NCBI GenBank assembly: GCA_964016885.1
Contig: OZ024753.1
Location: 806,001-870,000, forward strand
DNA from: Eledone cirrhosa
Lineage: Eukaryota
Length of the DNA stretch: 64,000 nt
Reading direction: 5' to 3'
In this document: piece by piece, positions 39,201 through 51,296 of the stretch
How positions within the stretch are numbered: position 1 is the first letter of the stretch
How the letters are laid out: each line of letters opens with the position of its first letter
Program-made: the position numbers and the translations under genes
The notes under the pieces: model-generated
The model's input: the letters and a program-made list of their open reading frames with translations, nothing else
Database searches by the model: none
What the model was told of the DNA's origin: nothing

Positions 39201-42200
39201 TCTTCTCCAGCAAGTCGTTCAGAAGTTCCTGGTTTTACTTCATCATTTTTATCAAGATCTGGTTCCATCTCAAGATCTTCCTGAAAACAAAATTAAAAAC
39301 CAAATGTCAACCTTGACTGGTTTCTCTCTCTCTGTATTGTTAATGGGAGTGTGCATACATGTGTATCTGTGTGTGCTTGTGAAATGTTTGTATTGTTTGG
39401 GTGTATGTGTATACCATGTCTGATAGAACACATCCCTTCTCCAGATCTGGTAGAACACATCCCTCTCCAGCTCTGGTAGAACATATCTCCTCTCCAGATC
39501 TGGTACAACACATCCCTCTCCAGATCTGGTAGAACACATCCCTCACCAGCTCTGGTAGAACACATCCCTCACCAGCTCTGGTAGAACACATCTCTCCAGA
39601 TCTGGTAGAACACATCCCCTCACCAGATCTGGTAGAACACATCCCCTCACCAGATCTGGTAGAACACATCTCCTCTCCAGATCTGGTAGAACACATCCCT
39701 CACCAGCTCTGGTAGAACACATCTCCTCACCATGTCTGGTAGAACCCATCCCCTCACCAGCTCTGGTACAACACACCCCTCACCATGTCTGGTAGAACAC
39801 ATCTCTTTTCCAGGTCTAAACCTCACCATTTTCTTCTGGAGGAGAGAGTCTCCTCTGACTAAGCAATTTAAAAAAAAATCAGAACAACTTCTGCTTTTTT
39901 TACATTCTCTCTCTCACTTTACTTACACTTCCCACAATATATTTCACTTTCATATTAAATCATTCCATGTCAGAGTTACAGGCATTTCTCTTTCACATCA
40001 CCTTCCTTTATATTTATTTCTAATTCAAGCACAAGACCAGTAAATATAGGGAAGGGTAAAGTTAATTACATCAACCCCACTACTTGACCAGTATTTTATT
40101 TTATCAACCCCCAGACGGAGGAAGTTGACCTTGGCAGGATCTGAACTCAAAATGTAAAGAGCCAGAACAAATACTACACATTTATCAAATGCTCTACCAA
40201 TTTTTCCAATCAACCATCCTTTCCTTCCCTCATATTATCTATAGTAATATTTGAAAACTACCAAAAATATCCAGTGTAGAATACACTTTCTTGTGGAATG
40301 GTTAATTCTACCCAAGTGAATTTTTAAAAATCATGAAAGAAAATAACAACCTCATCTTCTTCATCATCTTCCTCTTCATCTTCAGATTCTCTGTCATTAA
40401 ATACTTGATCTAAAACAAAAACAAAAACACCATTATTACTCCCACCACATGTTAGCCCATACTTTATTTATAACTATGGTATACTCTGCTAGTCTTTGTC
40501 AAAACCTGGTATGATGCAAAACATAAACAAATGACACTGCAACAGTTTACTCATAACAATTAACTCACAAAATGCTGGTTTTTGATTGGTCCATCCCTAA
40601 GGTTCAGTAGAGGAAGAAGGCAGAAAAAAAATTTCTCTGCTGAACCCTATGAATGAGCCAATTAAAATTCAGCCTTTTTGAAGATGCAGTATACTTGGTA
40701 CATTTGAATTAAACTGAATTCAACTAATTTCATGGTTTTAAATATGATAGCAATGGCTGTTAATATTTTCTCAAAATATCTGTCAATATGACAGCAATGG
40801 TTGCCAACATTTTCTCTTAAAATATCTGTCAATATGACAACAAAAAAATGAATACCATTCACATGTCTACTTATGATTGTCCTATGAAAAGATTTTGAAG
40901 AGAATTTTAACAGAGAGGATAGCAAAAAAAAGCATGGCCTAAACAGCTAACGTGAATATTTCAATTTACTTACAAACAACAACAATAACAACAAAGATGA
41001 TAGAAATACTTCACCTGAATTTAACTGTTTAATAATATATTCCAGCTCCCTAGCCGAGTGTCCCTCTTTGATGAAACCTTCTACAATTTCTTCAATTCCC
41101 TAAACAAACAAATAATAATAACACTGTAATACAAACATACATCATCATCATCATCATTACAGCAACAAAAACAAGCTGATATTTTCCCAAGACCCAAGAA
41201 GCTCGTGATGCTCCTATTCTTCAACAGCAAGGGCATCATCTACATCCACTGGGTCCCCTCATGGCCAGACAGTCAACAAGAGTACTATTTAGAGGTTTTG
41301 AGGCAGTTTAAAAAGAGATTTTGGTGCAAGAAACGAGAACTGTTCAAGTCAGGTCAGAGGCATCTGCACCAGGACAATGACCCCTGCCACAAATCCATCC
41401 TGGTCATCAACTACTTGACCGATATGGAGATCCAAACTGTCTCTCATCCTCCCTACAGTTCAGACTTAGCCTCATGTGACTTCTCAATGTTCCTGAACTG
41501 AAGGAGAAGCTCAGGGTATCCGCTTTGAGGATGTGGAGGAGATGAAGGATGCTGTGGCAAGCACCCTGGACACCTTCCATTTGGAGTGCTATAAGAAGGC
41601 CTTCCAGAAGTGGCTGGAGCATTACAACAAATGCATTGAAGTTGGAATATCCTACTTTGAGGGAGACTGGAGTTTTGTGTTGATCTGAGTTAAATAAATG
41701 TCTGAAAAGCTCATAAGTGTATATGTTGATATCCAAAAATAAGGCCCGAAAAATAATCTTTTTATGCAAGTAAGATAAGTCAATAAATTCTTACCTACCA
41801 TATCTTTGGCAGCTTCGCGTACAGAGGGAATGGCTAAAATACTATACAAAACTCCATTCACATACGGAAGAATCTAGAAACAATGTGAAAGCTATTATTT
41901 ATTGATATTTATAAATAAGATAAAGAGAGGGTGGAGAAAGAAATAGAAAATTGTTTGATGAACTATAAAAAATATTAGACACTATTTCTTGGGAGTGGGG
42001 TATTTCATATGAAGGAGGAGTATATGGGTTAGAGAAATTGGTAGTTGTAAAGGAGGCAGGGGGTGGTCGATGAGGAGGAGGAGGCAGAGGATGAGGATGA
42101 GAAGAAGAAGGAGGAGGAGGAGAATGGTTGATCTTTCATTCACTTTGATGGCAAATGTTCAGTTATTGATAAAATAAACATAAGACATATATTAAACCTG

Positions 42201-44264
42201 ATATTAAGACATAACAAATGTTTGTCAGAAAAGAATTTATTAAAGTATGAATAAATTAGGGGTTGTCTTACCTCTTGGTAATCATTGCCAAGTCCAAGGA
42301 GATCTGTGAGAACTTTCAAAGCAGTAGTAGAGTTGTTAGCACAGCGTTTCTTACCTTAAATCAGAAATAAGCCATGAATAAATGTTTAATCATTTAAATC
42401 ACCCAAACCTCTAACTGCCAATAGAAAGATGGTTGGAAGATTTTGATCAAAAGTCTGCTTACTTAGAACTGACCTGAGGCTATAGTCAACAATAACAGCA
42501 ACAACAGCAGCAGTAGATGCAACAGTAACAGTTCAAAACACCAACAGTAACAGCAACAGCAGCAACACCAGCAACAACAAACAACAAAAACAACAGCACC
42601 AACAAAAAGAACAGCAGCAGCAGAAGCAACAGTAACAGTAACAATAGCAACAACAAAAACAACAGCACCAACAAAAAGAACAACAGCAGCAGAGGTAACA
42701 GTAACAACAGCAACAGCAACAGTAACAACAGCAACAACAAAGTCAACAGCAGTATTAGAGGCAACCGTAAAAACAACAACAAGAACAGCAGTAGCAAATG
42801 CCAACAAACAGATATAAGCAATTGTCCATCAACCTACCAGCAGTACGAAAACAAAGATTCATGAGCAGTGCCACAGCGTATTCCAGTGTATAATCAGAGA
42901 CTAAATCATATTCTTCCAGAAGACTGATTAACCATTCTACAAGATCAGCATTAATCATCAAACTCTGGAAGTTACGTCTGATAACAAAATGGAAAATCAA
43001 TAAAAATTCCAAAATCAATCAATATTTATGTCAGGATAAAAACAAAATGTGTGTGTGTACATGTATGTGTGTATGTGGTGTGTGTGTGTGTGTGTGTGTG
43101 CAATATAAAACTAGGAAGATGAAGAATAACTGTTGGTCCAAAGTTTCAGCAGAGATACAGAGAGCTTATAACTTCAGCAACTTGAACAACAGGGCAAGTT
43201 TCTGGCTCACACCCCTCAAACATGGCACCTTTGAAGTCACAAGATGGGAACGTCCTCATTAAAGATCCAGCAGGAATCATGAGTCAGTAGACTGAACATT
43301 TTAAAGATCATTTTGTTAACCCATCTGTAGTTGATGAGGAAATTATTAATGGGCTGCCGCAAAGGGGGACTGAACAGAGATGATGAATGATCCAACCTTT
43401 GATGAGATAAGGTCTACTATCAAAGGGATAAACATAAGGAAAGCTCCAGTTTTGGATGGAATACCTGTTGAGCTGATCTGCTTTGAAGAAGACAATGTTG
43501 CTATAGCCATTCATGGCATAGTCTTATCTGTATGGCATGGTGAGTCTGTCCTGCAAGACTGGGTAGATGCAATTTTGCTGTCAATATACAAGAGCAAGGG
43601 CTCCAAGTCCAAATGTGGTGATTATTGTTGTATAAATCTGCTCAAATCAGTAGGAAAAATTTTATCCAGGGTCTTGCTGAATCGTTTAATAAAATGGATC
43701 TGTCCTGGTGCCATCTCTGAAACCCAGTGTGGATTCAGAGCTGGGCAGGGCACTATGAACATGATTTTCTCAGCCTGTAAGTTTATGGAGCAGCAAGTGC
43801 CACAATACCAAGATGAATCATAGTTTTCATTTGATATAAACAGTTATTTGCTGTTTGAGGCACAGAAAATCAAGGATTAAGAACAGACACAGTTTATGAT
43901 ACAGCCTTTCTTCACAGTTTCAGTCTACCAAATTTAACTCACAAGACTTCGAGAGAGCCAATATTACAGTAGAAGGCATTTGACTAAACTGCCATGCAAT
44001 TGGATTAAGCATTAAATCATATTGTTCTGAATTGAACTTCTTAATCACATGGATCAATCAATTCTTCCAATTAAATTTTCGAAAATTACACACCTCAAGC
44101 TCAACTTCTGGAGAGTTCCTAAAATCATTCCACGAGTGAGAGTGTTGCAATGTTCAGCTTTCATGTTATCAATAAGTGATGCCATCAAACCAGGGTTCCG
44201 TGCCAAATATGACCGACCTGAAGAGATAAAGATGATCATGACAAATATGATGACAATGATGATG

Positions 44265-44295
<31 letters not shown>

Positions 44296-45621
44296 CAATT
44301 ATGACAATGATGATGACAATGATAGTGATGATGATAATGATGACGATGATGATGATGATGATGATATTGATGATGACAATGATGAAGATGATAGTCATAT
44401 GATTAATACTCACCAACACTTACTGAAGTATGAGTGAATACCCACCAACACAAACTCAAGTATGAGTGACAACTCACCAACACTCACTGGTGTATGACTA
44501 ATACTCACCAACACTCACTGATGAAATGGTATTTATGAGGCGAGACATGGCACCAGTCAAGTCCGCTTCTTCAGAATTGAGTATCTTTGGTATTATATTC
44601 TGAAAAACATATAACACTAAGTAGTCACAGCAAGCCTTACAATTTAACCCTTTCGTTACCATATTTCTATTGAAATAGACTGCTTATAATTTTCAAAATA
44701 CTTTGAAAGTACTCAAGAATGTGGAGAGATTTAGTAATATAATTAACTTTTTCATGATTAAATTGATGCATGAAACATAATTTGGCAATGGTTCTTACTT
44801 AAAATTACAATGGAAAGTTTTTCGATAAATACAAACATTTTAGAATATATAGTGTTTTATAGTAGAACCGAGGCTGGTTTCAAGCAGTTTGGTATCACAA
44901 GGGTTAAAAGTATAGTCATTAAATTTATCTCAGATTTCCTAATATACAATGCTTGGCACATAAATATTTAAATATATTCAAATTGGTTTTGAGACAGTTT
45001 TAACCCTTTAGCATTCACATTACTCAAAATTTACTATCGTCTTTTCACAGAAAAGGCTTTATCTCACATAGTTTCGAATCTATGAGATTTTGATAGTATT
45101 TTTCATTTTGAGAACAATACCTTAACGTCGGTATGAGCAACCAGTTACAGCTGGTTTGAACAGAAAGAGATGAGAGAATTCTGGCCAGATATGGCTGGTT
45201 TAAATGCTAAAGGGTTAAATCACTCCTAAGTTTACATATGTATAAATATATAATAGAATATAGGCTGTTATATAAACAAAGATAAAGTAGGTATTGTACC
45301 TTATGAGGGCTGGTAGAAGCAGCACAACCAAGCAGGTCAGAATGTACATAACTTGTGATGTTTATTGTCCTTTGCTGAGTGTTTGTACGAGTTAATCTCT
45401 GTGAATAGAAATAGGCATAATGTATTAGCATACATAATTTATCTTTTTATTTTTAACAGAACAGTTTGAGTGTTATGTATTGAGGGAGAAATTAGAATCA
45501 GTTTGGCAAGAAAGGAACAAAAAGATATAGTTGTTCACCCAAGAAAGTACTTTTATAAGAAGTATTAGATTTTTATATTTGTCTTCTTTATGGGACAATT
45601 TTTTAGTTTTAGAAAGGTACC

Positions 45622-45652
<31 letters not shown>

Positions 45653-45944
45653 ACCCACCCACCCACCCACACACACACACACACACACCCACTATCACCA
45701 CCTTCAGAATAATTCTCCAATTTTTATCCTCTGAGTTTTATATAGGAGACAGTATGCACCTTTCACAGAGTCCGACTTCCACATTGAATGGTTTTGATTC
45801 AGCACCATTTATCTGAACACAAATACTCGGGTATTCATATAAAGACATCAGGGCTACAGGAAGCTGACCATTGATCCTATACTCCTGCAGAATCTTCCAC
45901 AGCAGGTCCTGAGGAATGCCAGTCATATGCTTTTTCGATGTCTA

Positions 45945-45989
<45 letters not shown>

Positions 45990-48900
45990 CATGCATACAC
46001 TTGTATCTGTGTATGTGACTGTTTGTATATACTGACTGGTGTATGAGATTTTGATATTATTTATTTTGAGAACAATACCTTAACATGAGTGCCCAGTTTA
46101 CAGCCAGTTTGAACAGAAAGAAGTGAGAGAATTCTGGCCAGATATGGCTGGTTTAAATGCTAAAAGGGTTTAAATCATAAAGAGAACAAAAGCAATGTCT
46201 TCTGAGAAATATCAAATTCTACTCACCCATCGTAAGGCTTGTAGGAGCAATGATTTGCGGTGGTTATTAGATGAGATAAGGTCTGATTTCACCTTAGAAA
46301 AATCTAAGGGTGTGTCTCCTTTTATCTTAGTTGGGACACTGCAATGACAGAGATTACATGTAAGATGGATATTTCTTTAATAAAAGTCATGAAAAAATAT
46401 TGTTCACTATCTTCAGATTTGACATAGAATAGCTGAATATTGGTCAACTTTGCCTTTCATCCATTTAAAGTCGATAAAAAAGTACCAGTCTTGTACTGGG
46501 GTCGATTCTTCTATATTTCTTTCTCATTTCCTTTCTTTCACTCTCTCTGTTCTTCTCAGGAAGAAATCTGCTGTATTCAGACCGCCTGGTTTAAAAATAC
46601 CCAAGAAACGTTTTATGTCAATATGGCGTCCCTACGACTCCATCAGGAGCTACAGGACCAAAAGGAAAGGAAAGCAGAATATTTAAAAAATTAACTTAGC
46701 AATCATTAGGTGTTAAGTTCAATTCCACTGAGTGACATCCTGGGTGTCATTTACTACAGCCTCAAGTCTATCCATTCCTTCTGAGTGGAATTGGGTAATT
46801 TAAAAGGGATGCCTTGTCACATGTTGAGTCATGCTGAATCTCCCTGAGAATTAAGTTAAAGATACATGCAGCTATGGAACACTCCACTACTTACATGTTA
46901 ATTTCATGAGCAGGCTGTTCCAAAGATCGAGCAACTGGAACACTCATTCTTGAAACTGATGGAGGTACACTCCATTCTCAGAAAAGAAAAAAATATTTCA
47001 GATACACTTGTGACTAATAGAAGAAGTTGTTTGGTTTAAAGAAGGAATGAAAGAGTTCTGACTTATAGGAATGAAGAAAGTGTGGCTAAGAGGAGTAAAT
47101 GCGTCATTGTTTTGTTTTGTTTTGCCTATAGAAGCATTAAAGAAGCTGGTGTGTTTTTTAAAAAAGAACTAAGATAGTTGTATGGTTTATAAATAGAGTG
47201 AAGGAAGTTGTATGACTGTAGAAGCAGTAATCAAAGTTATGTGGCTCAGACAAGTAGTCACAAAACAAGAAAAAGTTTCTCTCTATGAACGAAAGCCAGA
47301 TGTACGATGGTTGCATGTGAAGTACAATGTTTCATAGAAGTGACATTGGTAGCAAATGCAGAGGATAGAGAAAAAATATACTTAGTATGTGAAAGACACA
47401 CTGCAGAGATTGTGTTAAAGCTTGTTCTATGTAATAAATTAAACTGTTCTATGTAATAAATTAGACTGTTCTATGTAATAAATTAAACTGTTCTATGTAA
47501 TAAATTAAACTGTTCTATGTAATAAATTACACTGTTCTATGTAATAAATTAGACTGTTCTATGTAATAAATTAGACTGTTCTATGTAATAAATTACACTG
47601 TTCTATGTAATAAATTACACTGCTCTATGTAATAAATTAGACTGTTCTATGTAATAAATTACACTGTTCTATGTAATAAATTACACTGTTCTATGTAATA
47701 AATTAAACTGTTCTATGTAATAAATTACACTGTTCTATGTAATAAATTACACTGTTCTATGTAATAAATTACACTGTTCTATGTAATAAATTACACTGTT
47801 CTATGTAATAAATTAGACTGTTCTATGAAATAAATTAGACTGTTCTATGTAATAAATTACACTGTTCTATGTAATAAATTAGACTGTTCTATGTAATAAA
47901 TTAAACTGTTCTATGTAATAAATTACACTGTTCTATGTAATAAATTAGACTGTTCTATGTAATAAATTACACTGTTCTATGTAATAAATTAGACTGTTCT
48001 ATGTAATAAATTACACTGTTCTATGTAATAAATTAGACTGTTCTATGTAATAAATTACACTGTTCTATGTAATAAATTAAACTGTTCTATGTAATAAATT
48101 ACACTGTTCTATGTAATAAATTAGACTGTTCTATGTAATAAATTACACTGTTCTATGTAATAAATTAGACTGTTCTATGTAATAAATTACACTGTTCTAT
48201 GTAATAAATTACACTGTTCTATGTAATAAATTAGACTGTTCTATGTAATAAATTACACTGTTCTATGTAATAAATTACACTGTTCTATGTAATAAATTAA
48301 ACTGTTCTATGTAATAAATTACACTGTTCTATGTAATAAATTAGACTGTTCTATGTAATAAATTACACTGTTCTATGTAATAAATTACACTGTTCTATGT
48401 AATAAATTACACTGTTCTATGTAATAAATTAAACTGTTCTATGTAATAAATTAAACTGTTCTATGTAATAAATTACACTGTTCTATGTAATAAATTAGAC
48501 TGTTCTATGTAATAAATTACACTGTTCTATGTAATAAATTAAACTGTTCTATGTAATAAATTACACTGTTCTATGTAATAAATTACACTGTTCTATGTAA
48601 TAAATTAAACTGTTCTATGTAATAAATTACACTGTTCTATGTAATAAATTAGACTGTTCTAGATACAGGGAGTTACGGGTTATCAAATCAATACACAGCA
48701 CAAGGGAAGATAATCAAACTTACTCAATAATAGATGTCCGCAGTGCTTTTCCAGCAGTTCCAGGTCGATTCATGTCAATGGAGGGTTGTTTGGCATGTGT
48801 AAATAAACGTTTGCAGATTTGTTGGAGCATTTCTGGGGTGACCTATAGAAAATTAAAGCCCCAAAAGAACAATTCTTTATAACTCTGGTAGTTACTATAC

Positions 48901-50998
48901 ACACACACACTGCCCAATGAGTAAGGCTTTATGCAATCACTTGATCCAATAAGAGAGGGACCATGAGGTCACTCAAACCAACAAGAGGGCAACTATGAGA
49001 TCACTCAAACCAACAAAAGAGCTGCTATGAGGTCACTGAAACTAATATGAGAGCTACCATGAGGTCACACAAGTGAAGAGAGCCACTATGAGGTCATTCA
49101 AGCCAATAAGAGAGCTACAAGAAAGTCATGAGAGCCACCATAAAGTCACACAAGCTAACATGAGAGCTGCTACGAAGTCACACAAGTCAACAAGAGTAAC
49201 TCTCTGCAGTCAATCAAACTAGAGTTAAGACAACAATAATCTTTTTAAAGCTATCTTTCCAGCTAAAGCAGGAATTAGCCTTGTGGGACCTTATGATAAG
49301 CTTCTCAGCTTTTCCCTATCATTTGCATTACCCATCACCAACCCTCTGGCTTTCATTTCCTCCACTCCATCATTTTTAGTGTGTATCTTGTCAGATAGGT
49401 ACATGTTAACTTGCATGTCTCAAGACATGACTAAAAGATCTGACACCAGGAAGGGTGCCAGGTAATCAAAACAATTCAACATAAAGAACCTTATGATGAC
49501 AGTTACCAGTGAAAAAACAAATTAGTTTTGGCCCTTCACTGTGGCCTTGTGGTATTGCGAAAAATTATTTTTATTGTATTTTTACACAAACTAAGAATAA
49601 CAAAAATAAGTTATGATAATGTAATTTAAATATTTTCTTTTATAAACATGCAAACTTACCGTATTTCCTAATGCAGTTTCTTCTAAAGCATCAACCAAAT
49701 CAGCTGAAATTCCAATGAGGTCATGGTAATCTCCCTGAAAACAATAGTTGTGATTCTATTATTATTATTTAGTCAAGGGAGATAAACTGATAGAATTAGT
49801 AGAGTGTCTGAAATGGCTGTTTGTATACATGTAACATATAATCTGCCCTTCATTTTGAGGAAAAAAAATCTTTTGTAGCTAGCAGTGGTAGTAGCTCCCT
49901 GAACTTTTACCATCCTGTTCTTATTCTGGCTACTGTACTTTCGGAACACCCACCTCCAGTCAATATGACATAAAAGTAAACTCTTGAAACCAATGCCCCA
50001 GCATGGCCACATTCCAGTTGCATAACAGAAAATGACAACGAAAATGAAAAGATGAATTAATAAAAGCAGTATAAAAATAAGAGAATGTAAGTATCTACCT
50101 GAAGTCTGGCATTGTTCTTGATACATCTATGTAACTCCATATTGCTATTATTTAACTTTTCCCTTGCTTCCTGCAACTGTTCACGCAGTTCTGAAAATAT
50201 ACACAGGTTTAACCCTTTAGCATTTAAACTGGCTATATCCGGCCGGAATTCTCTCATCTCTTTCTCTTCAAACCAACCATAACTGTCCATTCATACTGAC
50301 AATAAGGTGTTGTTCTCAAAATAAATATAAAAATCTCAAAAATTCGATATTATGTGAGATAAGGCCTTTACTGCGAAAACACAGTAGTATATATAGAGTA
50401 ATGTAAAATGGTAAAGGGTTAATCAAGTATATCTCTCCTCTAGAAATGTGTAACTTTGTGCTAATGTGAGCAATAATTATTACTACATACCTTCAATCTG
50501 TGATGGCGATCCTCTCTAAGCAGAGTTAAGGTGTGGATAATAAAAACAAAATAGATAATAGAAATTATAATAATTATAATAATAATAAAATAATCCACAA
50601 CTTAATTTTACATATTAGATTCTTTCTTTCTTTGTTTTCTTTTTTTTTTTTGTATTTTGCTGAAAGCAGTGCTTCAGTATGGTCTTGGCCATAATAACAA
50701 ACAAATTATATAACTAAAAACGTTTCTGCAGCAATGCTGTTGCACCACCTTACAGACCAGCGAAACTCTAAAAACACAAACGGGGAGTACTATGAAAAAA
50801 AAAGTGACCCCAAAACAGGGAGAAATGAGGCAAAATGAGGAGATTTTACATAATGAAAGCTATACCTATTTTCACAAGAAAAGATATCTCTCACCCACCC
50901 CCTTTGCTAGCAGGTAAAATAGATGTATAATTATGACGATGATGATGATGATAAAATAATAATAATAATAATGATGATGATGATGATGATGATGGTGG

Positions 50999-51030
<32 letters not shown>

Positions 51031-51033
51031 TTG

Positions 51034-51065
<32 letters not shown>

Positions 51066-51099
51066 GATAATAATGATGATGATAATGATGATAATAATA

Positions 51100-51149
<50 letters not shown>

Positions 51150-51264
51150 AATGATGATGATAATGATGATGATGATAATGATGATGATGATGACGATGAT
51201 GATGATGATGGTGGTGGTGATGATGATGATGATGATGGTGGTGGTGATGATGATGATGGTGGTG

Positions 51265-51296
<32 letters not shown>

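Noticed and set aside
39270-39829. Repetitive Cys-containing ORFs (MCSTRSGEG) resembling a metallothionein or a longer ARMC9 exon
   Set aside because: Variable-length minisatellite units shift frame; exons 18 and 19 already join in phase without it.
42463-42821. Hydrophobic poly-Leu/Val membrane-like ORFs
   Set aside because: Reverse complement of a (CAA/CAG)n tract.
47423-48661. CRISPR-like regular repeat
   Set aside because: Head-to-tail units with no unique spacers, no cas genes, eukaryotic intron.
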